DNA of 64,000 nucleotides from Bigelowiella natans CCMP2755 (Eukaryota > Protista > Cercozoa): the NCBI GenBank assembly GCA_000320545.1, contig ADNK01002375.1:1-64000 (forward strand). The letters run 5' to 3'. Below the pieces are notes generated by a model. It was not told the DNA's origin. It worked only from the letters and a program-made list of their open reading frames with translations, and did not search any database. This document shows positions 53,318 through 64,000 of this stretch, one piece after another (within the stretch, counting starts at the first letter, position 1; each line of letters opens with the position of its first letter). The position numbers were made by a program, and so were the translations under genes.

Positions 53318-54868
53318 GTTTCAGAGATTTGTTTCTCAACAACTTTGTCTTCTGTGTCGATGTGTGTGGTCTGCGTGCTTATTATTTTCTACTTCCCGAC
53401 AACAACGACGAAGAGAGCTCTGCGCTGAGCTGGATGAATACTTCCTCCTTCCTGGGCTCTCCCAGCACCTTCGTGTCTACATTAAGGAGGCGGAAGAGGA
53501 GAAGGAGGAGGGGGGTGGGGGAGAAAACGACGCGATGTCGAAGCCTGTAGAAGTACAAAGAGTCCTTGATGCTGCCCCGAGGCATGTGGTGGCTATGTTT
53601 GGCTCGGACCCTGCAGAGCTCATTTCCCTCCCTCAAGCAGACGTCAAAGTGGGTGAGGGTGAAGGAATGCAGTTAAAGGAGGGGATTGGTTGGTTCGAAG
53701 AGAATGTTGCTCAAATTCTTATCGATCTCTCACCACATGTATTTTGTTTTCCAATTTTTGGCCCCTCCCCACTTTCCTGTTCCTCAACGCGGTGTTCAGA
53801 TTCTACCAATTACTAATGTGACGGTGGAGGAGCTTGCACGGTCAAGTCATAATAAACATCTGTAACATTCGATGGATGAACGGATGGGGGAAGGGGGAGA
53901 AGGGAGGGGGATGAGGAATGAGGAGAACTATCAGCTACAAATAGTTCTTGAAAGAACCCCACGCTTATCATCACCATCATCATCATCATCGTCATCGTAA
54001 TCGTAATCGAAACAGATTTCTGGTGCAAAGAGTGGCAAATGGGTACCAAGATGATCTGAGGAGTATGGGGGTTCGCTCCTACTCGATACGGTCGCAATCA
54101 TAATGTTAAACATTATATACATGGTATGGGTATCCTGGTCCTTGACATCATGCGACAATCCCATATTTCCTGTTCACCCCCCCCTCCCCCCCCCCTCTCT
54201 TCCACTCTTCCACCCGTTCAGTGTCACATCGGGGCCAGGTCAGGGGGCGATTGTGTCTCACGAGTTTTTTGCTGCTACTGATGATGGCGCGTCTTCAAGA
54301 AGGAAGCAGCCACATTGGTACGAGATGAAAGGGGATGGTAATAGAGGAGGAGGAGGAGGAGGAGGAGGAGGAGGAGGAAGAGGAGGGGAAGGAGGAGCTT
54401 CTCCCATCGCCGTGGTGACAGGTGCGAGTAGTGGCATTGGGCTCGAAACCGCTAAAGTGTTCCTTGAAGCTGGTTATGAGGTAGCGGAAGCTAGCTGTGA
54501 AAACAGCAAAAAATAACACCTACGTCGTACAACAAAGTACCACACGCACACACACACACACACACACAGACAGACATGCATACAACAAATCAAGCAAACA
54601 AGTACCTCAAAAAAGACTGAAGTATCATTATCAATCCCTTAACGTACTAGCAGCCTCCTACCACGATGATAATAATAGTAGTAATATTAATGTAACGGTC
54701 TTGTACTACTACTGCTGCTACTACTTCAAGGTCATCAATATCTCTCGATCAGCATGCCCCCTTTCTCCTGTGGTGAATCTTCCATGCGACTTGAAGGATA
54801 TGGCAAGCATCGCTCATACTACCAGCACTGATCTGAACAGGATCATATCAATGGGTTCTTCCTCCCCC

Positions 54869-54903
<35 letters not shown>

Positions 54904-55701
54904 ATAGTAAAATCAGAAGAAGAAGACGACGAAGACAGGTTGTGCTGCTGCAAGTGTACTACTTACAACATGTCTTTGACCAAAACATGAGTAGTAGCGT
55001 TGGGGTATTTACATAGGTAGCTATGATCTGTAGATGCCTCTATACACCTAATAATATCGTCATCGTGGAAAATGTGCTGAAAATGAGCAGGAGACAAACA
55101 TCGGAAGAGGAACATCTGTTTGGTACACAATGCTGCTATGTTCTTTGGAGACACTGCGGTGGAGATGGACGCTGAAAAACTTAAAGATGTGCTTCTCGTG
55201 CAGACGGTAACCATCCTCACATCACCAACCATCGGAGGGCATTTACACCTGTGGAGAATGCTAAGCGAGGAGGAGGAGGAGGAAGGGAGGAAGGGAGAAG
55301 TGCTGCCTTATCATCTTCACATTATCATCATTGAGTTTCTGCTTTGTCTGGTGTAACGACAAATTAAAGACGAAGAAGAAAAAGAAGAAGAAGAAGAAAA
55401 AGGCAAAAAAAAAGGAGATCATGATGACAGCATGAAAAGGAGTCACATAGGTGTATCCGATGCGTGTATCTATTTGTTTATCTTCGTTGATCACGATCGC
55501 CATCGTCGTCATCGTCTCTATTGTCGTGTTGTTTGTTCCAAGGTTTCTCCTTCAATTATCAACAGAAGCTTGATTCCGAGAATGACACCTGGGTCGTTTA
55601 TTATTTGTGCACTAGCGAGAGAAGAATAAGTTTAACAAATACGTCCTTGTTGTTCTTGTTGTCGTAGTTGCAATACCAGTGGAACAAATGTAGTAGTATT
55701 T

Positions 55702-55734
<33 letters not shown>

Positions 55735-56437
55735 TTGGTGGTGGTACAGAAGTAGCATGATCATGCTGCTATATATGATAACATTCCATCAAATAACAAT
55801 CATGTTCAAGTTCATCTCTGTAACCGTCAATGTGGCGAGGGCGGAAGCATTGGAAAAATAAACTAAAAATGCCCTTTTATCTGTCTCGAATGATCTTTTC
55901 CCTCCAACTTGAATTTCATAAAAGCCTGGGTTTGATCGCATCAAGTTTGCTGTTTCATTCGTCATCATTTTCTATGTTTTCTATGAATGGATTATGATCC
56001 CCTGCGTTATTCTCAGATCAAGCATTATCTTTATCGGCTCTACCCTTTCCGAGAAAGCGGTTGGTTTTCGTATGTCGTCATCTTCGTTTGATATTATCCT
56101 CCTCCTCCTCCTCCTCCTCCTCCTCGGTGTCGTCGGTAGCAGCAGCGTTGATTTCATCTTCGGCCCATCGTTATTAGTTCAATCTCGCAGCTGCTTTACA
56201 ACACCTCTTACCCCTTCGCAAACACTACTTTCATGACTGCTGGTTATTGCTGCTGGCTGCTGTGAATTCACTATCATTGATACCATCAGGTGGGGGGCAC
56301 GCTGAGCTACTCGACGTCTAAGCATGCCGTCGTAGGGTTGATGCGCGCAACCACGCAAGACTTATTCGGTGATCGTCTCGCACATAATGAAGAATGCTCT
56401 GTGAGCGTGTTAAATCAAAGAATAGTCGCGTATATCG

Positions 56438-56479
<42 letters not shown>

Positions 56480-56512
56480 TACATGTGCATTGAAAACATG
56501 TGCGTTTGCATG

Positions 56513-56544
<32 letters not shown>

Positions 56545-56854
56545 CGCGCGCGCGCGTATGTGGTAAGGGGTATGTTGTGGCGGGGATGAGTAGTCTCTAC
56601 TGATGATGTACTGTGACTGATGTAATGGTGATGAAGGTACTGGTATCCACACGTCTCTCGTCTGTCCGGGGTTCACCGACACTCCGATGCTGCGGAAACA
56701 TTTGGGGGATGATGCTGATTCGATAGCCAGCAACAATGCGTATGGCCGACTTGTTAAGCCAGAGGAAATCGCTAAATTAGTACTGACCACAGCTCATTCA
56801 CCCGCTCTGAATGGATCTGTGCTGCATGCAAATCTAGGTCAACATCAAACATGA
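52375..56854 (+). CDS. PTPS (6-pyruvoyl-tetrahydropterin synthase fold, ExxHGH type) - SDR fusion protein
   Basis: KEAIKFSSGHFTIFSATERERLHG|HNFSV, DYGQLK, LDEYFLLP, ILPITNVTVEELAR. One exon then runs VTSGPGQGA through a poly-G linker into VVTGASSGIG, followed by VHNAA, IGSTLSEKAV, YSTSK, CPGFTDTPML. Confidence 0.85.
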
Positions 56855-56869
56855 CAGAATAGCCAGAAA

Positions 56870-57420
56870 AGCCATTGTGTCGATCCTGTATGCTAGCAAT
56901 TTGCAACATGATCACGCATAGCCGCAGCTGGAAAATGCAGGTTCTGCAACGACGATACTACCATGCTAGCATGCTAGCATGTCCATGACTGCTAGAGCCG
57001 TAAAATGGAATGCTAGAATGCCTAAAAAGCACTCCAAGAAAATGCTCAGTTATACCGATGATTTTGACATATTTACTATGCTAAGCTGGTCGCGCCATCT
57101 GTATATCTGCATATGCGCACGCTAGCACGGCGGTGCGCTGGCATAACCTTTGCAAAGCGTCTCTCCTCACGATGCATGCTAGCTATTTAGTATGCGCGGC
57201 ATTCTAGTAGACTCTAGCAGGACTGTCTAGATTGTTGGTTTGGCGCGCAACAGCCATTGCTAGATTGTAGCGTTTATTTAAGCGTTGTACATGCACATTT
57301 TTCTGGCTGCGCGCAGCTCTAGAGCTAGCTAGTAAACTAGTGTATCGCGTGTGCATGCACGCTGCCTACGCAGCCGCAGTGTACTACATTCGGCATGGAA
57401 ATGCTGTGCATGTTCGTCCA
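56870..57420. other. CTAG/GCAT-rich intergenic island between convergent genes
   Basis: catgctagcatgctagcatg and many CTAG sites after the SDR stop. Confidence 0.65.
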
Positions 57421-57935
57421 TCGTGTTGTCGGGTCGCTGGATGATCTGGTTATTGGATACTACAATAGCCGTCACAATTATATATCATATATATGTATGT
57501 CTATTGTATTGCACTGTTTTCTACGTACGTACGTTCTTATCATTGTAGTTGTAGCTAGCAACATATTTATTCTTGTATGTAGCTTAAATAAATATCGAAT
57601 TTCCACAATGCATTGAACATATAGACGTTATTTGTTCTATATTATTCAGCAACTCTGTAAAATTTGTCCGTTTCCTTACAAAATGACACGTGGTTCGGCA
57701 AGATTAGTGCTATTCGCGTGTGAATGACGAGCATGCACGGCGGTGTGCCCCATAGATGTGCACATCTATCGATGCCATCTCTGCACCTAACACTTCTCGA
57801 ATTTGACCTCATCGATTTTAGACAAATCGATGTCGTCGTCTGCCTCATCACGATTCTCATTGAGCATTGAGAAGTCCCGTCACCGCACCATGAGGGGCCG
57901 GCCTCTCATCGTCTTCAACTACGAGGACCAGAATC

Positions 57936-58166
57936 TCAGGCTGTAGTTTTCTTCTGAACGCAAACCTAAGATATGTTATGATTAGGAGCTGCACGACGTG
58001 ACTAGGGGCACACACGCAGCAGGTTATCGTTCGTTGTAGAGCTGCTATGTGAGTACCTGTCCGGCGGACGATTTGAGGGAAATCCAACCTTGAGCCTTGG
58101 TGAGGAGGGAAGGGTCCACGTCCTAGTGTTTGTAGTGGTGTTTTGCATATGTCATCAGCGTTGAGA

Positions 58167-58218
<52 letters not shown>

Positions 58219-58693
58219 CTCTTTCCTTTTATTCTTCTCCCCCCCCCCCCCCTCTCTCTCGTCGTGCTGCTACATACAAACAAACATGTAAATACATAGA
58301 TACTTACCGCGCTTACTACACCACGCCAATCAGCAGGAAGAGAACGTGAATCCGCTGTTTTAATCTGATATAGCAACGGCATTGCGTGCATGTGTCGTCA
58401 TCATCGGCGCATGTCTCATAGAGGCAATAGCAGTAGCAGCAGCATTTTGGTAATGCGGCAGAAATCACACGGCTTCCTCCTCCTCCCCCTCCCCTCTCCT
58501 TTCTTTGATGTTTGATGTCGGTATTTTAAGATAGTAGTAATGCTTACTGATATTACAGTTAACGGGCTCACGGAGGTTACTCTGGCACTGATAAGTTTCT
58601 TGATTTCTTCACAGTTGAATCTGATGAGAATAGCGGATGGTGATTATTGTACTACTACATATTATGGAGGCAGCAGTATAAACGAGAATGGAT

Positions 58694-58761
<68 letters not shown>

Positions 58762-59907
58762 TACCAATGGCAAAAGATCACCATCATCATCGTCATCATC
58801 ACATCTCACAACTGTGAGCATTCCAGCCACACCACGCACAAAAAGATGGTGTATGCAGCTGTACGAAGTGATGAGTTGGGGTACTTACAGAACGCGCTCT
58901 CCCACTTCCCAGCCCTTTGCAGGCTCTACGAAGCCACGAATAGCCTTTGATTCTGGATCCATTTCTACCTTCTTCACGTGCACTAGGTCCTCTTTCTCAA
59001 GCGTAACGATTTTATCGCTTTGCACACTGACGCCTGTGGGTTGTTATTTGTATCAGCAGCTGCTCGTTAGGGGGGGGGGGGGGGGGGGCAATGACGGTAG
59101 TGAAGTTGTTGTTGTTGTCGTTGTCGTTGATGATGATGGTAGATGATTGCGGTGAACGCCCTTTCTCTCCTCCTCTTTCTGTTCTTTCTTTATTTTTTTG
59201 GGGTGGCAGCAAATCGCAGTTGAGGCTGAGATCTAAATGGATAAAAGTACAACACAACTGCTACTGTTACTGGTTGCTACTGCTGCTACTACCTGCTCGC
59301 ATGTTGGTGCGGACCGTCATGTAGTACCATCCCTCATCAAACTCCGACACCGCTAGCGTTAATGTCACCATCTTCGGGAAGGCTTTGAGGTGAGTGAATG
59401 CCTGAGAGAAGACGACGATTAAGAATGAGAAGAATGAGAAGAATAAGAAGAAATGAGGGGGGGGGCCAAAAGAACATACTGCCACCCAAAGCATGACGAG
59501 GAAAATCACAGAACAAATATATGCATTTATCGTATCTCTCGTATTTCGGTTGTTTCCCAACTACTATTACTACTACTACCTACTACTACTACTACTACTA
59601 CTACTACCAGCGTCCACAGGTTCTGGTCCTCCTTCTCAATCGTCTTTCCTTCAATCTGCGGGCATGTAGCAGGTATTATGCGGCAGCATCACAACGGCAA
59701 AGAAACATCATCAGGCTACATTGGTGCAAAACACGAATACGACTAGGACGTCTAGTAAATCGTGTGCGACAGACCTCCAGATGATAGTTCTTCGGCGTGG
59801 CCTGGCCTCTACCTTCCATCTTCTTCTCCATCTGTGAAGGAGGAACATGAGAGAAAAGGGTAAGCGCACTACAGTCAACATCAGCATCAACATTATATAA
59901 TTCCATG

Positions 59908-59940
<33 letters not shown>

Positions 59941-60724
59941 CAGAAGTCGGTCAGTCAACCAGCCAACCAACCAACCAACAAGCCAGCCACCCACTCACCC
60001 CTGGCTTGAGCTCTGCTATCGTCCAGTTACTGAACGCTGCCATAGTCACGTACGATGACTGCAAGAGAGGAGGAGGAGGAGGAGGAGGAGGAGGAGGAGG
60101 GAAGAGGGCCAGAGCAAAACGAAGATAAAGAACCGTGAGAGGTACCGTGACACATCCAAACATGATTAACAACATCAACACCACCGCTGGTATCATTGTT
60201 ATTGCATTCCCAATCAATGTAATGCTACACCACTCACCACCACCACCACCACCACCAGCAAACTGATCAACTGCTGATTGTTATCGTCTAGACTCTCTCC
60301 GATATTACGTCAGGCAATGCGATTCGAACGACAACGCGAGACTCTTGTAAAGGAGGAATTTGCGCTTGCAGCGCATCCGCTACGGATCGACGTCGTCCAT
60401 GAGTAACCGAGGCTCTGCATATTATCATTATTATTATTTTTTTTTTTTAGTATTTTAATCGTCATCAACATTCGTATAAATGAGAATGAACTGATGATGT
60501 GTGTCGATGATATATGACGCTGCCAAGCGCTGCAGAAACAGTAGCAGAAGAAAGTGTGCATGATGGTCATCATCATCAATCATCATCATCATCACCACGT
60601 TTTATGATATTTTCGCCGTCCTCATGGTTTCCCCCTTCTAACACGACGCCTCCTACCTACTACCTTCTATTGTTCTCCTTCACAGCGAAATCTACGACGT
60701 TGTTGAGGTTCATCGATCTGATCG

Positions 60725-60761
<37 letters not shown>

Positions 60762-60840
60762 AATGACGGTGGTGTCTGTGCAGGAACACCTTGCAAGAGA
60801 TAATGATGATGATGTTTCAGGATGAATGGCGCACACACAC

Positions 60841-60896
<56 letters not shown>

Positions 60897-60942
60897 GGAG
60901 GGAGGGAGAGAGAGAGAGAGAAAGAAGGGGCGCGGGGGAATG

Positions 60943-60975
<33 letters not shown>

Positions 60976-61144
60976 GACATACTGCTGATTAAAGCTGATG
61001 GAGCTGAAGACTTCATTAAATTGCTTGTAGTGGAACTTCTTCAGTCCAAAGAACTTGCGGACCTGAGGAGGGGGAAGGGACACACAGAAAGACGAGAAGA
61101 ACAACAAATCGATCATAAACATAGAGCAAACATGATGAGGACAT

Positions 61145-61194
<50 letters not shown>

Positions 61195-62690
61195 GAGAGA
61201 AAGAAAGAGAGAGAAAGACGGATGGCAGCAGCTGTTCACTTCTTTTTCCCAGTACAAAAAGTGTCAAAATAATTTGTTCCGATTGCGTTATGAAATATCG
61301 TACGTTTGGATCCTTTTGCATAGCTTTGAACAAAGCCTGCTTCTCCACGTCGCCCTTCTCATTCTGGTACTTGCCGAATATGTTCTGGAAGCTCTCGAGG
61401 GTGTGGCGGAATGCAGCCGCATACTCGATGAAGGACTTGACCTTCATCAACCCGCCTTTTACCTTGTCCACCGTGGAGAACCTCTCCTGGAAAGTCTCGA
61501 AGTCAACTTGCTTCAGCTTGAGCTCCGTCCGCAGCTAAGTGATTGCTCTCATTAGTCACCATAAACGTACTTGTTTGACATCGCTAGCAGTCCTCTGGAA
61601 CTGCTCACATTTGCATTCGGTCGCACACCACCGTCACACTCTCCACCAGCTATAGACGCTGGTTATGCACGAATGTGATGACCACTCTCCTCTCGCCGTT
61701 GTGAACCTCCTATTATCACTTACATTAGTGTCATCAGTATCACCTTCGGATTCGTTTTGAGTTCATCGAAGATATGCTCCTTCTCGATGGTTCCCGTGTA
61801 CGGAGTACCGACTCGGATGAGCAAGTCCTGGAACAGATTGAACATGCGAGCCTCTACCTCTACTTGCGGCAGAACCTCCTGAGGAAGGAAGGAGGCAGGG
61901 GGGTGGAGGGAAGGGAAGAGGGGGAGAAAGCGTTTCTGTTAGATTCATTGCATTTCGAGAAACAATCAGGATGGTCATACTAACGATTTTCGTTCGGAGA
62001 ATCGTCGTTTGTTTAAACGCACTACCACTGCTGCTGCTGCTGCTGCTGCTACTACTACTTCTACTTCAGCCATAATGAGCACGCAACCGCCTTACCTTCA
62101 TCGCGTTGGCAAAATGAAGCGACCATGTGATTCCTTCCCACACAGAACCTTTCTGCTCCGCTGTTTGTGTGGTGAATTTGATAATAATTAGAATACCACG
62201 AGAAGAAGAAGAAGAAGAAGAAGAAGAAGAAGAAGAAAACAAATAATAATGTCATCTGTCACACACGCACACACGGGCTGAGAGCCAAACATCTTCAATC
62301 TATTCCGTACTCTTCACTAATATATTGAAAACTGCTTTCTATTCATATAAAAGAGCTGTCTCTATTCACACAGTCTTCGGTGATGGTAGTACTACCCAGC
62401 ATAAACTCGTCTCCTTTCTTTGATTTTTCGACTTTATTGAAGTTATTAGCGACTAGGTTGGCCGCAAGCCACCCCTGTGCTTGATTCTGATCCTTTTGGT
62501 CGGAGTAGCGGCACGCTCTCTTCAGCGAGACTAGGCGCCATTTCGAAGTCTTTGGGAACTTGAGGATTCTGTCGTAGTACTTGATCATCACGGTCAGGAG
62601 CTCTTCTCTGAGCTTCTCAGGCATGAGTCCTGGAAGGCTGGTAGAGTGTCTGGTGTACATAGAGGATGGATAATGGTGAGATATATGTAT

Positions 62691-62732
<42 letters not shown>

Positions 62733-63247
62733 TATTAATCAAGCAAGATTATTGCAACAATCGCGACAGTAATAATTGGCTATGTACTGGCAGAGAACAG
62801 AACAATACTCTCGAAGCTGGTATTCATGACACAGAGTCAAGATGCGAAAATCTTGACAGGTCAAAATGTCGGCAAAACTCAACTCAACGCAATCAATCAA
62901 TCAATCTATCTATCTATCTATCATCGGCGGTTTCACTGTCCTCCTCTTCCTCTCTATTATCAATAATACGATATTAACTGTTCAAATGCTCTCGCTCCCT
63001 TAGAAGCTAAGACACTTGGTGCTTTTCTGCCGTATATATCGTTCGTCAGATAACACAACACAACGCAATACAAACATCACAACCGCGACACAACCAAACC
63101 GACGAAAAACCACAGAAAATACTCCCCGCAAGCAACAGCTCGCAGCCATATGTGCTCATGTACGTATAAAGTGTCGCTTAAAGGTGCTGCTGTCGATGAT
63201 GTCGGACTCACTCAGATGCCTCCCATTCGACACTATTTCCCAATCAT

Positions 63248-63278
<31 letters not shown>

Positions 63279-63928
63279 AGCAGCATCGCAGAGAGACATC
63301 GTAGCGCAACACAGGATTGACATATGCATTGAAATCAGTGTTCCATTATGCAAACCACCACCACCACCACCACCACAACCCCATGATCCATCAGTCATTT
63401 CCAAGAGGCAAGGGGAAGCAACAGCAAGCGATCAACCAAATCATCATATTCACCAACGAAAACAACAGCAGGCCATATCTAGTCGATTTGAAGATACCAC
63501 TGCTACCACTCAATACAACCCCCCCCCCCCCCCCCCTTTTCTCTCTGATTGCAAAGAGGAAGAAGAAGAAGAATCAGAAGAATGATCACACCTGAATTCA
63601 TTGCCCCCTATGAAGACAACGAGAGGGTATTGGTAGCTGCCGAGGAAGTTCCTTAGAGTATCGAAGCCCTTCCTAGTGATGCTGCAAGACTGCAGGTAGA
63701 GGCGATTTAGAAATGGCGCCACCTTTGCGTCGGTATCATCTTGAGCTTGCTGCAGGCCAAAGCAGAGGTGTTCCACCCCCTGGTCTCCGATGGGGTTGCC
63801 GCAGAGCCAAAGCTCTTCGATCGTAATGACTTGCGTGATGAGGTCGGTGATGGAGGGAACGGCTTCAGGGCCGACGTAGTTGCAGGTTAGATTAAGGCTG
63901 ATTAGGTTCTCCTCCTCCTAATGAGATG

Positions 63929-63963
<35 letters not shown>

Positions 63964-64000
63964 ATGATGATGACGATGATGATGGCGTGTGATTAGAAGA
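57936..64000 (-). CDS. Multi-exon protein with RNI-like LRRs, EF-hand-like repeats and a C-terminal SH3-like domain (5' end outside window)
   Basis: LISLNLTCNYVGPEA..IEELWLCGNPIGDQG..LNRLYLQSCSITRKG (63590-63918); FSTVDKVKGGLMKVKSFIEY; WYYMTVRTNMRAG|VSVQSDKIVTLEKEDLVHV..IRG..GWISLKSSAGQ|VCVQKKTTA*. Assumed to be a single gene. Confidence 0.55.

Noticed and set aside
54869-54905. Run of in-frame TAG codons in the SDR region suggesting readthrough or a pseudogene
   Set aside because: A phase-1 GT donor at ~54855 joined to the acceptor at ~55091 removes it and restores MG|DKHRKRNICLVHNAA.
60791-61257. Poly-ER/LS/His/Met ORFs here and at similar arrays
   Set aside because: Translations of intronic microsatellites.

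Overview
Intron-dense nuclear DNA from a microbial eukaryote. A CFAP410 gene suggests a flagellated stage; a chlorarachniophyte-like alga is only a guess from gene style. Genes were rebuilt by eye from GT-AG exons: NAP/SET histone chaperone, GINS Sld5, proteasome beta-2 (PSMB7), Rieske (RFESD-like) protein, CFAP410, DUF4326, ABCB7/ATM1, CxxS thioredoxin-fold protein, HTH protein, zf-CW+ARID protein, intronless EGF+beta-propeller glycoside hydrolase, a PTPS-SDR fusion, an LRR/EF-hand-like/SH3-like protein, and several hypothetical genes. Most lie in head-to-head pairs. The strongest unexplained signal is in two ~2 kb islands (about 6260-8460 and 23800-25560). There TpA is almost absent, and the survivors are nearly all in CTA/TAG context. 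An ankyrin pseudogene inside the first island shows the direction of change (TA to TG or CA: Tyr to Cys/His, Thr to Ala, Val to Ala). This points to a localized, context-specific A:T to G:C hypermutation, like RIP but acting on adenine. Weaker CTAG/GCAT-rich islands recur downstream of gene 3' ends. The second highlight is an ExxHGH (PTPS-III-type) pterin synthase fused in frame to an SDR. All exon structures and counts are manual and unverified by transcripts or searches.
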